Positions 28,063 through 37,667 of a stretch of DNA of 49,715 nucleotides are shown here, in pieces. Every line of letters begins with the position of its first letter. Within the stretch, counting starts at the first letter, position 1. The notes beneath the pieces were generated by a model. The model had not been told where the DNA came from and made no database searches. It was given only the letters and a program-made list of their open reading frames with translations. A program made the translations under genes and the position numbers. The DNA is from a virus. Lineage: Duplodnaviria; Heunggongvirae; Uroviricota; Caudoviricetes. The DNA lies in IMG/VR virus record IMGVR_UViG_2851949629_000006, positions 1 to 49,715 of that record. One strand, given 5' to 3'.

Positions 28063-28500
28063 ATGATCACCGACAAACTGTTGATGTTCTCCGAAGCTCA
28101 GGCGGTTACGAATACCGCGGCTTCTACTGACGTAATCGATCTCGGTCCAATTGACGGAAAACGTCGTGATATCGGCGTGGGTTACCCGCTTGAGTTTTGG
28201 GCGCTGGTTAACACAGCCGCCGCAGCAAGCGGTGATGCAACTGTAAACATCCAGTTGCAGACGAGTGAGAATAACACCTCATGGACCACTATTTATGATA
28301 GTGGCGCACTGGCAAAGACCATCCTGACAGCAGGTAAGCGAGTTGTTTCTGCAAAGGTGCCTGCCGGTGTTCAGCGATATCTGCGTGTTAACTACTCCGT
28401 CGCAACTGGCCCACTAACGGCTGGCGAATTCACTGCTGGTATCAGTCTTGATGTTGATGCCAATACGCCGTATCCGATCCGCTCAAAAGTAACTGGTTAA
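28063..28500 (+). CDS. hypothetical head protein (possible decoration protein)
   Basis: 145-aa ORF directly downstream of the capsid gene. Confidence 0.4.
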   Translation: MITDKLLMFSEAQAVTNTAASTDVIDLGPIDGKRRDIGVGYPLEFWALVNTAAAASGDATVNIQLQTSENNTSWTTIYDSGALAKTILTAGKRVVSAKVPAGVQRYLRVNYSVATGPLTAGEFTAGISLDVDANTPYPIRSKVTG

Positions 28501-28510
28501 GGTGATATCG

Positions 28511-28846
28511 ATGTCAGGTGAGAAACCAAGATACCGCGTTCTGCGCCTCTCTCATATCCATAACACTCTGTGGCCGGAGGGGGCAGAAATCGAATACGAA
28601 GGTGAGCCTGGTAGCGCACTGGAACCTGTTAACGATGCAGCCAGACAGGCAAAAGCAAAAGTTGCAGGAAAGGTGTCAATGGCAGCAATCAGCACCAAAA
28701 TCATCAACGATGTGTCAGATGATGGTGAACTGGATAAGCTCCGTGAAGAGTACAAATTGCTCTTTAACGAGAAGCCACACCATAACGCCAAAGCCGAAAC
28801 GCTCCGCGAGAAGATCGCAGATAAGCGTAAAGAACTGGGCGTGTAA
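28511..28846 (+). CDS. hypothetical protein
   Basis: ATG at 28511 with a GGTG RBS; 111 aa. Confidence 0.4.
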   Translation: MSGEKPRYRVLRLSHIHNTLWPEGAEIEYEGEPGSALEPVNDAARQAKAKVAGKVSMAAISTKIINDVSDDGELDKLREEYKLLFNEKPHHNAKAETLREKIADKRKELGV

Positions 28847-28862
28847 GCCTCGCGGATCAGAC

Positions 28863-28884
28863 AAGGGGCTTCGGCCCCTTTATT
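28863..28884 (+). terminator. candidate intrinsic terminator/attenuator inside the structural operon
   Basis: Stem AAGGGGC / GCCCCTT around a TTCG tetraloop, followed by TATT. Confidence 0.4.
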
Positions 28885-28896
28885 GCAGGAGTGTAT

Positions 28897-29220
28897 ATGG
28901 AACTCGTAAACCTCAAAACCGGCACTGACAGCTACCAGGATGAGAGCGGAGAAACCAGAACTCGCGATGAATACCCGTGGGGGCTGTGCATCACGCTGAA
29001 TAACGAGACATTGAATAAGCTGAAGGCGCAACCTAAGGGCGTCGGAACAGAAGTGATGATAACTGCAAAGGCTGTTATTCGAGGCCTGTCTGCCAGAGAA
29101 ACTGACGATGGTGTTAATCGCAGCGCCGATCTGCAGATCACTGATATGGCGATCGCTCCTGTTTCCGGGGATGTAGAAAAATCAGCGGCTGAAACTCTGT
29201 ACGGCAATGGGGGTGAGTAA
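28897..29220 (+). CDS. hypothetical protein
   Basis: ATG at 28897 with a CAGGAG RBS. Confidence 0.4.
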   Translation: MELVNLKTGTDSYQDESGETRTRDEYPWGLCITLNNETLNKLKAQPKGVGTEVMITAKAVIRGLSARETDDGVNRSADLQITDMAIAPVSGDVEKSAAETLYGNGGE

Positions 29221-29825
29221 TGGCCTCTGTAGTAGAGATCTGCAATCGTGCGCTGTCCAATATTGGCAATAGCCGCAGCATTAACAGCCTGACGGAAGCC
29301 AGCAAGGAAGCGGGGGAATGTTCGCTGCACTTTGAGGCCTGTCGTGATGCTGTGCTTTCTGATTTTGACTGGAACTTTGCTACCAAACGCGTGGCGCTTG
29401 CAGATACGAGCAATCCACCGCCTGACTGGGAATATGCGTACCAGTACCCGTCAGATTGTCTGCGCATTACTGAAATTATGCTTCCTGGTGTACGCAATCC
29501 AACAGCAGCAATGCGCGTTCAGTACGAAGTTGGTGCAGACACCAACGGAACAGGAAAGTTGATCTACACAGACCAGCCTCAGGCATGGCTCAAGTATGTC
29601 TCTCGCGTTTCAGATGTGAACATGTTTGATGCCATTTTTATGGAGGCGTTGGCCTGGCGTCTTGCGGCAGCTATTAACATGGCGCTGACTGGGAATGCAG
29701 ACCTCGGTACGTTTGCCCTCAATATGTACAATCGCGTGATTCTTAGTGCTGGCTCGCATAGCCAGAATGAATCACAGGAACCACAGCCACCGGTTGATGA
29801 GTTTACCATTGCGAGGTTGTCCTGA
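29220..29825 (+). CDS. tail tubular protein A-like (T7 gp11-like) candidate
   Basis: 201 aa; position immediately before an ~820-aa protein mirrors the T7 gp11/gp12 pair; N-terminal ICNRALSNIG loosely resembles the gp11 N-terminus. Confidence 0.4.
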   Translation: MASVVEICNRALSNIGNSRSINSLTEASKEAGECSLHFEACRDAVLSDFDWNFATKRVALADTSNPPPDWEYAYQYPSDCLRITEIMLPGVRNPTAAMRVQYEVGADTNGTGKLIYTDQPQAWLKYVSRVSDVNMFDAIFMEALAWRLAAAINMALTGNADLGTFALNMYNRVILSAGSHSQNESQEPQPPVDEFTIARLS

Positions 29826-32296
29826 TGGCTATCAGTTGGATCCAGCCCAGCTTTGCTGGTGGTGAGATTGGGCCGTCGTTGTACGGACGTATCGACATGG
29901 CGAAGTACCAGGTGGCATTGCGCAAGTGCGATAACTTTATCGTGCGGCAGTATGGCGGCGTTGAGAATCGACCTGGTACGCGTTTTGTCGGTGCCGCCAA
30001 ATACCCAAATCGGAAATGCCGCCTGATCCCGTTCCAGTTCTCGACGGTTCAGACCTATGCTCTGGAGTTCGGACACCAGTACATGCGCGTTATCAAAGAT
30101 GGTGCGTTGGTGCTGAACAGCAGCAATGTTATTTATGAAATTGCCACGCCATATACTGAAGCCGATCTGTTCCGAATTAAATTTACGCAAAGCGCCGATG
30201 TGCTTACGCTGGTTCACCCGGCATACCCGCCGAAAGAGTTGCGCCGCTATGCGCATGATAACTGGCAACTGGTTGATGTGGTAACGAAGAACGGGCCATT
30301 TGAAGATATCAATATTGACGAGTCAGTGACGGTTTATGCCAGCGCCAGCACCGGGACAATTACGTTAACGGCAAACGCCTCTATTTTTGGCGCGGAGCAG
30401 GTAGGCAAATTGTTCTATCTGGAACAGCCTGCAGTGGATTCAGTGCCGGTATGGGAAACCAGTAAGAGTACGTCGATTGGCGATATTCGCCGTGCAGACA
30501 GTAACTACTATCGCGCCGTTACAGCAGGCAAAACAGGCACTTTGCGCCCTTCGCATACAGAAGGCACATCATGGGATGGCTGGGGCGGATCCGGTGATGA
30601 TGATACTGGCATTGAGTGGGAATATCTGCACAGTGGTTTTGGCATTGCCCGTATCACTGCTGCAAATGGAACTACTGCAACTGCCGAGGTGATTTCCTAT
30701 ATCCCTTCGCAGGTCGTGGGCGAGGATAATGCCAGCTATAAATGGGCTAAATATGCCTGGAACAGTGTTAATGGTTATCCTGGCACTGTTGTTTATTATC
30801 AACAACGTCTTTACTTCGCCGCATCGACTGCGTTCCCTCAGACTATCTGGGCCAGCCGTACCGGGGATTATAAGGATTTTGGCAAAAGCAATCCTACGCA
30901 GGATGACGACAGAATTATCTACACCTATGCCGGGCGTCAGGTTAATGAGATCCGTCACCTGATTGATGTTGGTTCTCTGGTGGCGCTGACTTCCGGAGGT
31001 GAGTACGTCATCACCGGCGACCAGAACAAAGTGTTAACCCCATCATCATTTGCATTCAGCTCTCAGGGATCAAATGGCTCAAGCAACGTCCCACCAATTG
31101 CTGTGGCGAATATTGCTCTGTTCGTTCAGGAGAAAGGCAGCGTTGTCCGTGATCTGGCCTACTCATTCGATGTTGACGGCTATCAGGGGAACGACCTGAC
31201 CATCCTTGCCAATCATCTTTTTCAGAAGCACAGCATTGTTGACTGGTGCTTCTCTATTGTCCCTTACTCCAGCGCCTTCTGCATTCGTGATGACGGTAAA
31301 TTACTGGTGATGACCTATCTGCGTGATCAGCAGGTTTTTGCATGGGCACCACAATCCAGTACCGGAAAATATGAAAGCACATGCAGTATCAGCGAAGGCA
31401 ATGAAGATGCGGTGTATTTCGTCGTTAACCGAACCGTTAACGGGCAAACAGTGAGATACATCGAGAGGCTGTCCAGCCGTTTATTTACCAGCGATGAAGA
31501 TGCTTTCTTTGTTGATTCTGGCCTTAGCTATGATGGAAGAAATACGTCTGACAGAACGATGATCATCACTGGTGGTTCTGGCGAATGGGATTACCGCGCG
31601 GAATATACAATCAGTGTTTCTGGTGGTGCGTACTTCACCAGTAGTGATGTCGGTGCTCAACTACAGTTCCCTTATACCGGAACTGATCCTGATACTGGCG
31701 ATGAAGTGTCAAAAGAATTACGTTGCGACATCATTTCTGTAACCAGCAATACCGCTGTAGTGGTTCGTGCTAACAGGAACGTCCCGCCATCCCTCAGGAA
31801 TGTGGCTACCACGAACTGGCAGATGGCGCGCCGGACATTTGGCGGCCTGTCTCATCTTGAAGGCCAGACCGTAAACATTCTCTCTGATGCGAACGTGGAA
31901 CCACAGAAAGTGGTTTCCGGAGGTGCCGTCACGCTGGAATCACCTGGGGCTGTTGTGCACATCGGCCTGCCAATAACTGCTGAATTCGAAACACTGGATA
32001 TCAACATTAACGGACAGGAAACGCTGCTGGACAAAAAACAGGTGATCCCGTCCGTTACTCTGGTTGTGAATGCCAGTCGCGGCATCTGGGCGACTACGCC
32101 CGGCGGTAAATGGTACGAATATCCACAGCGTGAATTCGAGTTCTACGATGATCCTGTTGATGACGCTACCGGAAAAGTAGAAGTGAAACTGGACAGTAAC
32201 TGGGGCAAAAACGGACGTGTAAGAATCCGTCAGCTTGACCCGTTGCCGCTGTCTGTTCTTGCCGTTATTCCTCGTCTTACTGTTGGGGGATTCTGA
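29825..32296 (+). CDS. tail tubular protein B-like (T7 gp12-like) candidate
   Basis: 823 aa, Gly/Thr-rich beta-type composition; assignment by size and synteny only. Confidence 0.4.
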   Translation: MAISWIQPSFAGGEIGPSLYGRIDMAKYQVALRKCDNFIVRQYGGVENRPGTRFVGAAKYPNRKCRLIPFQFSTVQTYALEFGHQYMRVIKDGALVLNSSNVIYEIATPYTEADLFRIKFTQSADVLTLVHPAYPPKELRRYAHDNWQLVDVVTKNGPFEDINIDESVTVYASASTGTITLTANASIFGAEQVGKLFYLEQPAVDSVPVWETSKSTSIGDIRRADSNYYRAVTAGKTGTLRPSHTEGTSWDGWGGSGDDDTGIEWEYLHSGFGIARITAANGTTATAEVISYIPSQVVGEDNASYKWAKYAWNSVNGYPGTVVYYQQRLYFAASTAFPQTIWASRTGDYKDFGKSNPTQDDDRIIYTYAGRQVNEIRHLIDVGSLVALTSGGEYVITGDQNKVLTPSSFAFSSQGSNGSSNVPPIAVANIALFVQEKGSVVRDLAYSFDVDGYQGNDLTILANHLFQKHSIVDWCFSIVPYSSAFCIRDDGKLLVMTYLRDQQVFAWAPQSSTGKYESTCSISEGNEDAVYFVVNRTVNGQTVRYIERLSSRLFTSDEDAFFVDSGLSYDGRNTSDRTMIITGGSGEWDYRAEYTISVSGGAYFTSSDVGAQLQFPYTGTDPDTGDEVSKELRCDIISVTSNTAVVVRANRNVPPSLRNVATTNWQMARRTFGGLSHLEGQTVNILSDANVEPQKVVSGGAVTLESPGAVVHIGLPITAEFETLDININGQETLLDKKQVIPSVTLVVNASRGIWATTPGGKWYEYPQREFEFYDDPVDDATGKVEVKLDSNWGKNGRVRIRQLDPLPLSVLAVIPRLTVGGF

Positions 32297-32760
32297 TGAT
32301 CGATGTTCGAATTATTCCCGCCACCGAAGAGCATCTTCAGATGATTTTGCCGGATGTTCGTCAGGCTGATATTGACGAACTGTATGCGGTATCGCTGATG
32401 ACTACCGAAGATGCGCTGCGTGTTGGTCTTCGCACTGCGACTATGGCCTGGTCAGGGTTCGCGAACGGAGAACTGGTAACCATGTTTGGTGTATCTCCGG
32501 CGTCAATGATCGGTGGCAATGGTACACCCTGGCTGGTCGGAACCAGCCGTATTGAAAAATATCAGAAGACATTTCTTCGCCACTGCCGACCTGTATTGCA
32601 GCAGATGCTGGCAGTTTATCCGCGCCTGGAAAACTACGTCGACGAGCGAAACCATGTTGCCAAAGCATGGCTGCACTGGCTTGGATTCAGGCTTGAAGAA
32701 GCCGCGCCTTATGGTGCTCTTGGTCTTAATTTCCACAGATTTCACATGGAGAGAAAATAA
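32296..32760 (+). CDS. internal virion protein candidate (gp13-like by position)
   Basis: 154-aa ORF with ATGA overlap after the gp12-like gene. Confidence 0.35.
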   Translation: MIDVRIIPATEEHLQMILPDVRQADIDELYAVSLMTTEDALRVGLRTATMAWSGFANGELVTMFGVSPASMIGGNGTPWLVGTSRIEKYQKTFLRHCRPVLQQMLAVYPRLENYVDERNHVAKAWLHWLGFRLEEAAPYGALGLNFHRFHMERK

Positions 32761-33305
32761 TGTGCGATCCGGTTATTGCTGGTGGCGCAATGCTCGCCAT
32801 GAGTGGCATTCAGGCATACACCCAGTACCAACAGGGAAAGTATGCCTCGAAGGTTGCAGAAGCGAACGCAGATATAGCCACTGCTCAGGCAAATGATGCA
32901 ATAAACAGAGGTAACGCTGAAGCTGAGCAACGGCGCAGAGAGACCCGACAGCGGCTTGGTACACAGGCGGCGACAATGGGGGCTACCGGCACTGATTTAT
33001 CTACAGGTAACGCGCTGGATATATTTGGCGACACTGCCCAGTTTGGCGCTCTTGATTCGCTGACGACGGTGAATAACGCGCAACGCGAGGCTTACGGTTA
33101 TCAGGTTCAGGCTGCCAACTATAAAGCAGAAGCCAGTTCAGCCCGTAAACAGGGGAATGTGGGAGCAGCAACAACATTGCTCACTGCGCCTCTGAAGGCA
33201 TACGGTGCGTACCAGATGTTTGGTGGGACGTGGAGTCCGTTTACTCAAAGCACCCCTGCGCCAATCGGGGCAGCAGCAGGAACCAGATTACCCGGAGGAT
33301 TATAA
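32760..33305 (+). CDS. internal virion protein candidate (gp14-like by position)
   Basis: 181-aa Ala/Gly/Gln-rich protein. Confidence 0.35.
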   Translation: MCDPVIAGGAMLAMSGIQAYTQYQQGKYASKVAEANADIATAQANDAINRGNAEAEQRRRETRQRLGTQAATMGATGTDLSTGNALDIFGDTAQFGALDSLTTVNNAQREAYGYQVQAANYKAEASSARKQGNVGAATTLLTAPLKAYGAYQMFGGTWSPFTQSTPAPIGAAAGTRLPGGL

Positions 33306-35818
33306 TGCCAGTCGTACCAACAGTATCCGGACGTCAGGTTGAGAGCCGTGGAGTTCAGTCAGCAGGCTTGCAGACGTTTTCTCAGCCAGGTATTGGTGAT
33401 GCTTTTGTTCGGGCAGGGACAGAAGCAATTGATGTTTTTGGTCAGGCAAAACAGCGTGCCAATATCGCTCTGGCTCAGGAGGCATCTCTTAACCTCAGTC
33501 AGATAAGCAGCGATCTGCTGAATAACCCTGAAACAGGTTTGCTTAACCTGAAAGGGAAAAATGCTATTGGAAAAGGTCAGGAGTATACGCAGCAGTTTGA
33601 TACTCAGGTCGAACAACTGGCTATGTCGCTGCCGGATGAACAGGCTCGTAATGCTTTCATGCAGCAGGCGCAGCAGCAGCGCATTCAGTTCACTACGCAG
33701 GCAGGGCGGCACGAGATAGGGCAAATAAATGCCTACGAAGAAGGCCAGTTTCAGGCTACGCTGCTGAACAATGGTAAAAATGCCGCAGCATTGTATGGCG
33801 ACAACGCCGCATACGTATTGGCTAATAAGCAAACTTTCCAGCAAATTGAGGATTACGGCATTGCACATGGTTGGAGTGACGAGCAAATCCAGGCCAAGAA
33901 AATCGAGTTTAAAGAAGCAACAGCAAAAGCAACTGCTCAAAATGCTATTGGAGCAAACTATCTTCAGGTAAGACAGCAAAACGGCGAGTTAAGCGATACT
34001 GCTGCTGGATCTCGCCGTGCTGTAGCAGATAGTGGCTCTTCCGATCGTACCCGCGGTATACGCAACAATAACCCCGGCAATCTTGAATACAGCAAAACTA
34101 ATCCGTGGGTTGGGCAGACTGGTGATGATGGTCGCTTTGCTAAATTCGAAACACCTGAATACGGTATTCGTGCATTAGGGCGGAACCTGATGTCGTATCA
34201 GCGGCAGGGTATTGATACCGTCAGCGGGATAATTAATCGCTGGGCACCGCCCACTGATAAAAATGACACAATGTCGTATATCAAAGCAGTGTGCGAACAA
34301 CTTGGCGTTTCTGCTGATGAGCCTCTCGATGCATCTAATCCGGATACCCTGAAGGCGCTTTGTGCAGCCATTATCCATCATGAAAACGGTAGCCAGCCAT
34401 ACAGTGATCAGCAGTTAACTGATGGTGTTAGTGCTGCGCTGGGGCTTTCTCAGCTACCGACAAAAAATAAACGTTATACCGGTGTAGCCTGGTTCGATGC
34501 TTTAAGTGAATCAGATCAGGCCAGCGTGTTGCGACAGACTGATGCACTAGCCAGACAACAGCAGGCTGAATATAAAACGATGCTCGACAGCCGGGTTCGC
34601 GATGCGACGGCTGCGTATATGCGTGGCGTTGAATTTCCTAACCCACCTGGTGAGGATGATTTTATTGCAGTTTATGGAGTCAGAGAAGGAAACCTGCGAT
34701 ATACCGAGTTTAAGAATACGCAGATCGCCGGACAGTATATAGGCTCTTTCCGCAACATGCCGACAAGCAGCATTACAGCATATGTTGAGCAATTACGCCC
34801 GGATACTGGTGATACAGGGGAGGGGTATGCGGCACGCGCAGCTCTTTATGACAACGTTGTTTCGGCTGCAAATCAGGTGATAAAGCAGCGGCAGTCGGAT
34901 CCTGTTCAGTTCTCTCTTGCCTCCGGACAGGCAAAGCCTATCGACATGAGCAATAAGGATAACTTTGGACAGAGCGTTGCCTTGCGTGCCGCTCAGGTCA
35001 GTGACCTTGCTAAGTCATATGGCACTCCACTGACGTTCTTTTCCAAAGACGAGGCCAATCAGATCGGTGTTTTCTTTCGTGATGCTCCAGTTTCCCAACA
35101 GGCAGCATATCTCGATACCATCAGGCAGAGCACTGGTGGTGGGCAGGTGTATATGTCAGCACTACAGCAGATCAGTGCCAACGCTCCATCTGCTGCCGTT
35201 GCCGGGATACTGATGGATAAGCCTGGTGGTATTTTGGCAGAAAAAAACTGGTTTAATCCGGATGTTTCCGTGTCTCCTGAAACCGCTGCGCAGACAATTC
35301 TTGCTGGCGCGGCGGCTCGTAAAGGTACTGATGATGCGAAAGGTATTCCGATGCCTAAAGATGCTGATCTTCGCCTTGAGTTTTCTGACATGGTGAAGGA
35401 TGCATTTGCTGGTGATGCTCAGGGGGCATCAATGGCATACGAGATCGCAAAGGACTATTACGCTGGTGTGATGGCGAAAAAAGGCGTGGTTTCAGGCGAA
35501 ATTGACAATGATATCTGGAAACAGGCTGTTAACGTAGCTACAGGTGGCGTGCATGACTATAACGGAATGGGGAATGTTCTTTTGCCGTGGGGAATGTCTG
35601 CAGAGCAATTCGATAAGCAGGTTAATCAGGCTTGGAATGAACAAGTTGTTGGCACAGGGATAAAAACACCGCCTGGTCAGTATGGTTTGCAAAGTTACGG
35701 CGATAGTCAGTACCTGGTGAAACTTGGTACTGGTTATCTGCTAAAAGATGATGGTTCTCCCGTTGTTCTTGATCTGACACAGAAGCGTCAGAGATTCTCC
35801 GGAGATATTCCGCAATGA
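33305..35818 (+). CDS. internal virion/ejection protein (large)
   Basis: 838 aa from the ATG at 33305 (TAATG overlap); one of three consecutive large proteins between tail-tube and fibre genes, the usual position of ejectosome proteins. Confidence 0.45.
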   Translation: MPVVPTVSGRQVESRGVQSAGLQTFSQPGIGDAFVRAGTEAIDVFGQAKQRANIALAQEASLNLSQISSDLLNNPETGLLNLKGKNAIGKGQEYTQQFDTQVEQLAMSLPDEQARNAFMQQAQQQRIQFTTQAGRHEIGQINAYEEGQFQATLLNNGKNAAALYGDNAAYVLANKQTFQQIEDYGIAHGWSDEQIQAKKIEFKEATAKATAQNAIGANYLQVRQQNGELSDTAAGSRRAVADSGSSDRTRGIRNNNPGNLEYSKTNPWVGQTGDDGRFAKFETPEYGIRALGRNLMSYQRQGIDTVSGIINRWAPPTDKNDTMSYIKAVCEQLGVSADEPLDASNPDTLKALCAAIIHHENGSQPYSDQQLTDGVSAALGLSQLPTKNKRYTGVAWFDALSESDQASVLRQTDALARQQQAEYKTMLDSRVRDATAAYMRGVEFPNPPGEDDFIAVYGVREGNLRYTEFKNTQIAGQYIGSFRNMPTSSITAYVEQLRPDTGDTGEGYAARAALYDNVVSAANQVIKQRQSDPVQFSLASGQAKPIDMSNKDNFGQSVALRAAQVSDLAKSYGTPLTFFSKDEANQIGVFFRDAPVSQQAAYLDTIRQSTGGGQVYMSALQQISANAPSAAVAGILMDKPGGILAEKNWFNPDVSVSPETAAQTILAGAAARKGTDDAKGIPMPKDADLRLEFSDMVKDAFAGDAQGASMAYEIAKDYYAGVMAKKGVVSGEIDNDIWKQAVNVATGGVHDYNGMGNVLLPWGMSAEQFDKQVNQAWNEQVVGTGIKTPPGQYGLQSYGDSQYLVKLGTGYLLKDDGSPVVLDLTQKRQRFSGDIPQ

Positions 35819-37662
35819 GTTACTTTGGCCTTAATCCAGTAAACCAGAATCAGCAGCTTGACGAAGCAGCATCAAATCCAGCTGGCTTTAACAGCGATGT
35901 TGGTTTTTTCGACAATGCTGTAGGAGCGGCATTGTCTGGTTTGTACTCCGGGCTGGTGGCAAAGCCAGATCAGTTGCTCTGGGCAGGGATGGATAAAATC
36001 GTATCCCCGATTGCTCAGTTTGTTAACGAAAACACCTCGCTCAATGACACTTCAGTTTCATACATTGCCGAGCAGAGAAAACTAGCAGAGCAGCAGGTTA
36101 AGCGGCTGACGCCTGATGCCGCGACAACCGGAACCGCCGGGCAGGTTCTTTATGGGTTGTTCGATATGGGCGGGCAGGCTGTTATCGGTACAACGCTCGG
36201 TGGTCCGGTCGGAGGTGCTGCGGCGGTAACTTCGCTACAGGGTTTTTCTGAGTTTGAACGGCTGACAGCACAGGGTGTTGATTTCAGGACGGCGCAGGAA
36301 GCGGGATTAGTGCAGGGTATTACTGCTGGTGCCGGAACACTGATCCCTATGAGCCTCGGGTTACGTGCTGGTGGTGCGCTGGCGGAAGGTGTGGCGGCTC
36401 AGCTTGCGCGGACGGGTGAAAGTTCAGTGCGACGCGCCGCAGCAACAGCAGTACGTGCAACGCCAGATATTGCCTATGCCGCAGGTACAAATATTGCGTT
36501 CGGTATGGCACAGCGTGGGCTTACTGCAAAAACGCTTCGTGATGGTGGCTATAGCGAAATGGCTAACCAGTATGATGTGTTGGATCGACAGGCAATTGCT
36601 ATTGATGCTGTTCTTGGGGTGGCGTTTGGTGGTGTCGGCAGATTTATTAACTCTCACGGTGAGGCTACAAGCACCCCCAATTTTTCACCAGTTGATGTCG
36701 ATGCTGCACTGGCGGCGAATGCCGCTCATCATGCTGAAATTGATATTTCTCCCGGCGTGCCGATCAACGTGCTTTCGCGCAATTCTCACATTCAGGCTCT
36801 GCGAAAAGCTATGTCTGATGTTAGCCAGGGGAGACCTGTAGACGTTGCCAGCATTGTTGAGTCTGCATCTTTCAGTGAAATTCCTGGGCGCAAGAATCTG
36901 CTGTCTCAGGCAGTTAATGAGGCTCTGTCATCTGTAGATGATGGAGCAACAGCGCGCGCTATCGAAAATCGGTTGCTTGAAGAACGGGCTGCGCAGCTTT
37001 TGCCGCGAGGCGATAGACAGGTTTACCAGTCTGAAATCGCTAATAGCCAACGAATTATTGAAAATCTCACTGAACAGCGCGCACAAATTCTTGCAGAAGA
37101 GCCAACCGGTAGCGGTAAAGCTTTGTCTCGTGCTCGATCAGATAAACAGGCCAGACTTCGGGATATTGACCAACGAATCCGGCAGGCACAAGAACGCCTG
37201 GAATTTTCCCGTAACGCGTTGGCACCGCACGAGCCTGGAGGTCAGTTTTTTGAAGCTCGAGCAGAACTGGCACGGCGACAGCAGGCAGAAAGTGAACTTA
37301 ATGCTCAGGCTGTTTCATTCTATAAAACAGCAGAGGTCAGGACGCCAGACGAAGTAGCTCCTTTTGAGCCCGGTAAGATATTGCAACAGGCAGAACAAAA
37401 AATGATGGCAGATCCGGCAGGAGATATTGATCTGCGTATAGCTGAAGACTCGCTGCTTGAATCACCTGACATGATAATCACCGTGCTGGATGATGATGGT
37501 AATCCACAATCGCGCAGAGCGCGTGAAGTACTGGATGATGATGGTAATCCACAATCGCGCAGAGCGCGTGAAGTACTGGATGAAGCGAACAGGGAAAGTG
37601 AGCAGGCAATACAGGATTCCAGCCTGTTTGATGTCGCTGTGGCGTGTTTCTTGAGAGGTTAA
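35815..37662 (+). CDS. internal virion/ejection protein; contains a 45-bp in-frame tandem duplication near the C-terminus
   Basis: 615 aa; perfect tandem repeat at 37486-37530 and 37531-37575 encoding LDDDGNPQSRRAREV twice. Confidence 0.45.
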   Translation: MSYFGLNPVNQNQQLDEAASNPAGFNSDVGFFDNAVGAALSGLYSGLVAKPDQLLWAGMDKIVSPIAQFVNENTSLNDTSVSYIAEQRKLAEQQVKRLTPDAATTGTAGQVLYGLFDMGGQAVIGTTLGGPVGGAAAVTSLQGFSEFERLTAQGVDFRTAQEAGLVQGITAGAGTLIPMSLGLRAGGALAEGVAAQLARTGESSVRRAAATAVRATPDIAYAAGTNIAFGMAQRGLTAKTLRDGGYSEMANQYDVLDRQAIAIDAVLGVAFGGVGRFINSHGEATSTPNFSPVDVDAALAANAAHHAEIDISPGVPINVLSRNSHIQALRKAMSDVSQGRPVDVASIVESASFSEIPGRKNLLSQAVNEALSSVDDGATARAIENRLLEERAAQLLPRGDRQVYQSEIANSQRIIENLTEQRAQILAEEPTGSGKALSRARSDKQARLRDIDQRIRQAQERLEFSRNALAPHEPGGQFFEARAELARRQQAESELNAQAVSFYKTAEVRTPDEVAPFEPGKILQQAEQKMMADPAGDIDLRIAEDSLLESPDMIITVLDDDGNPQSRRAREVLDDDGNPQSRRAREVLDEANRESEQAIQDSSLFDVAVACFLRG

Positions 37663-37667
37663 ATTAA

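Noticed and set aside
33359-33979. 206-aa minus-strand ORF inside the large ejection-protein gene
   Set aside because: Antisense to a long, translationally coupled plus-strand gene; Cys/Leu/Phe-rich composition typical of a non-coding frame.
36365-36841. 158-aa alternative-frame plus ORF inside the 35815-37662 gene
   Set aside because: Out-of-frame overlap with no independent RBS; it is Arg/Leu/Trp-rich, and unlike the Rz1 case there is no signal peptide or other functional signature.
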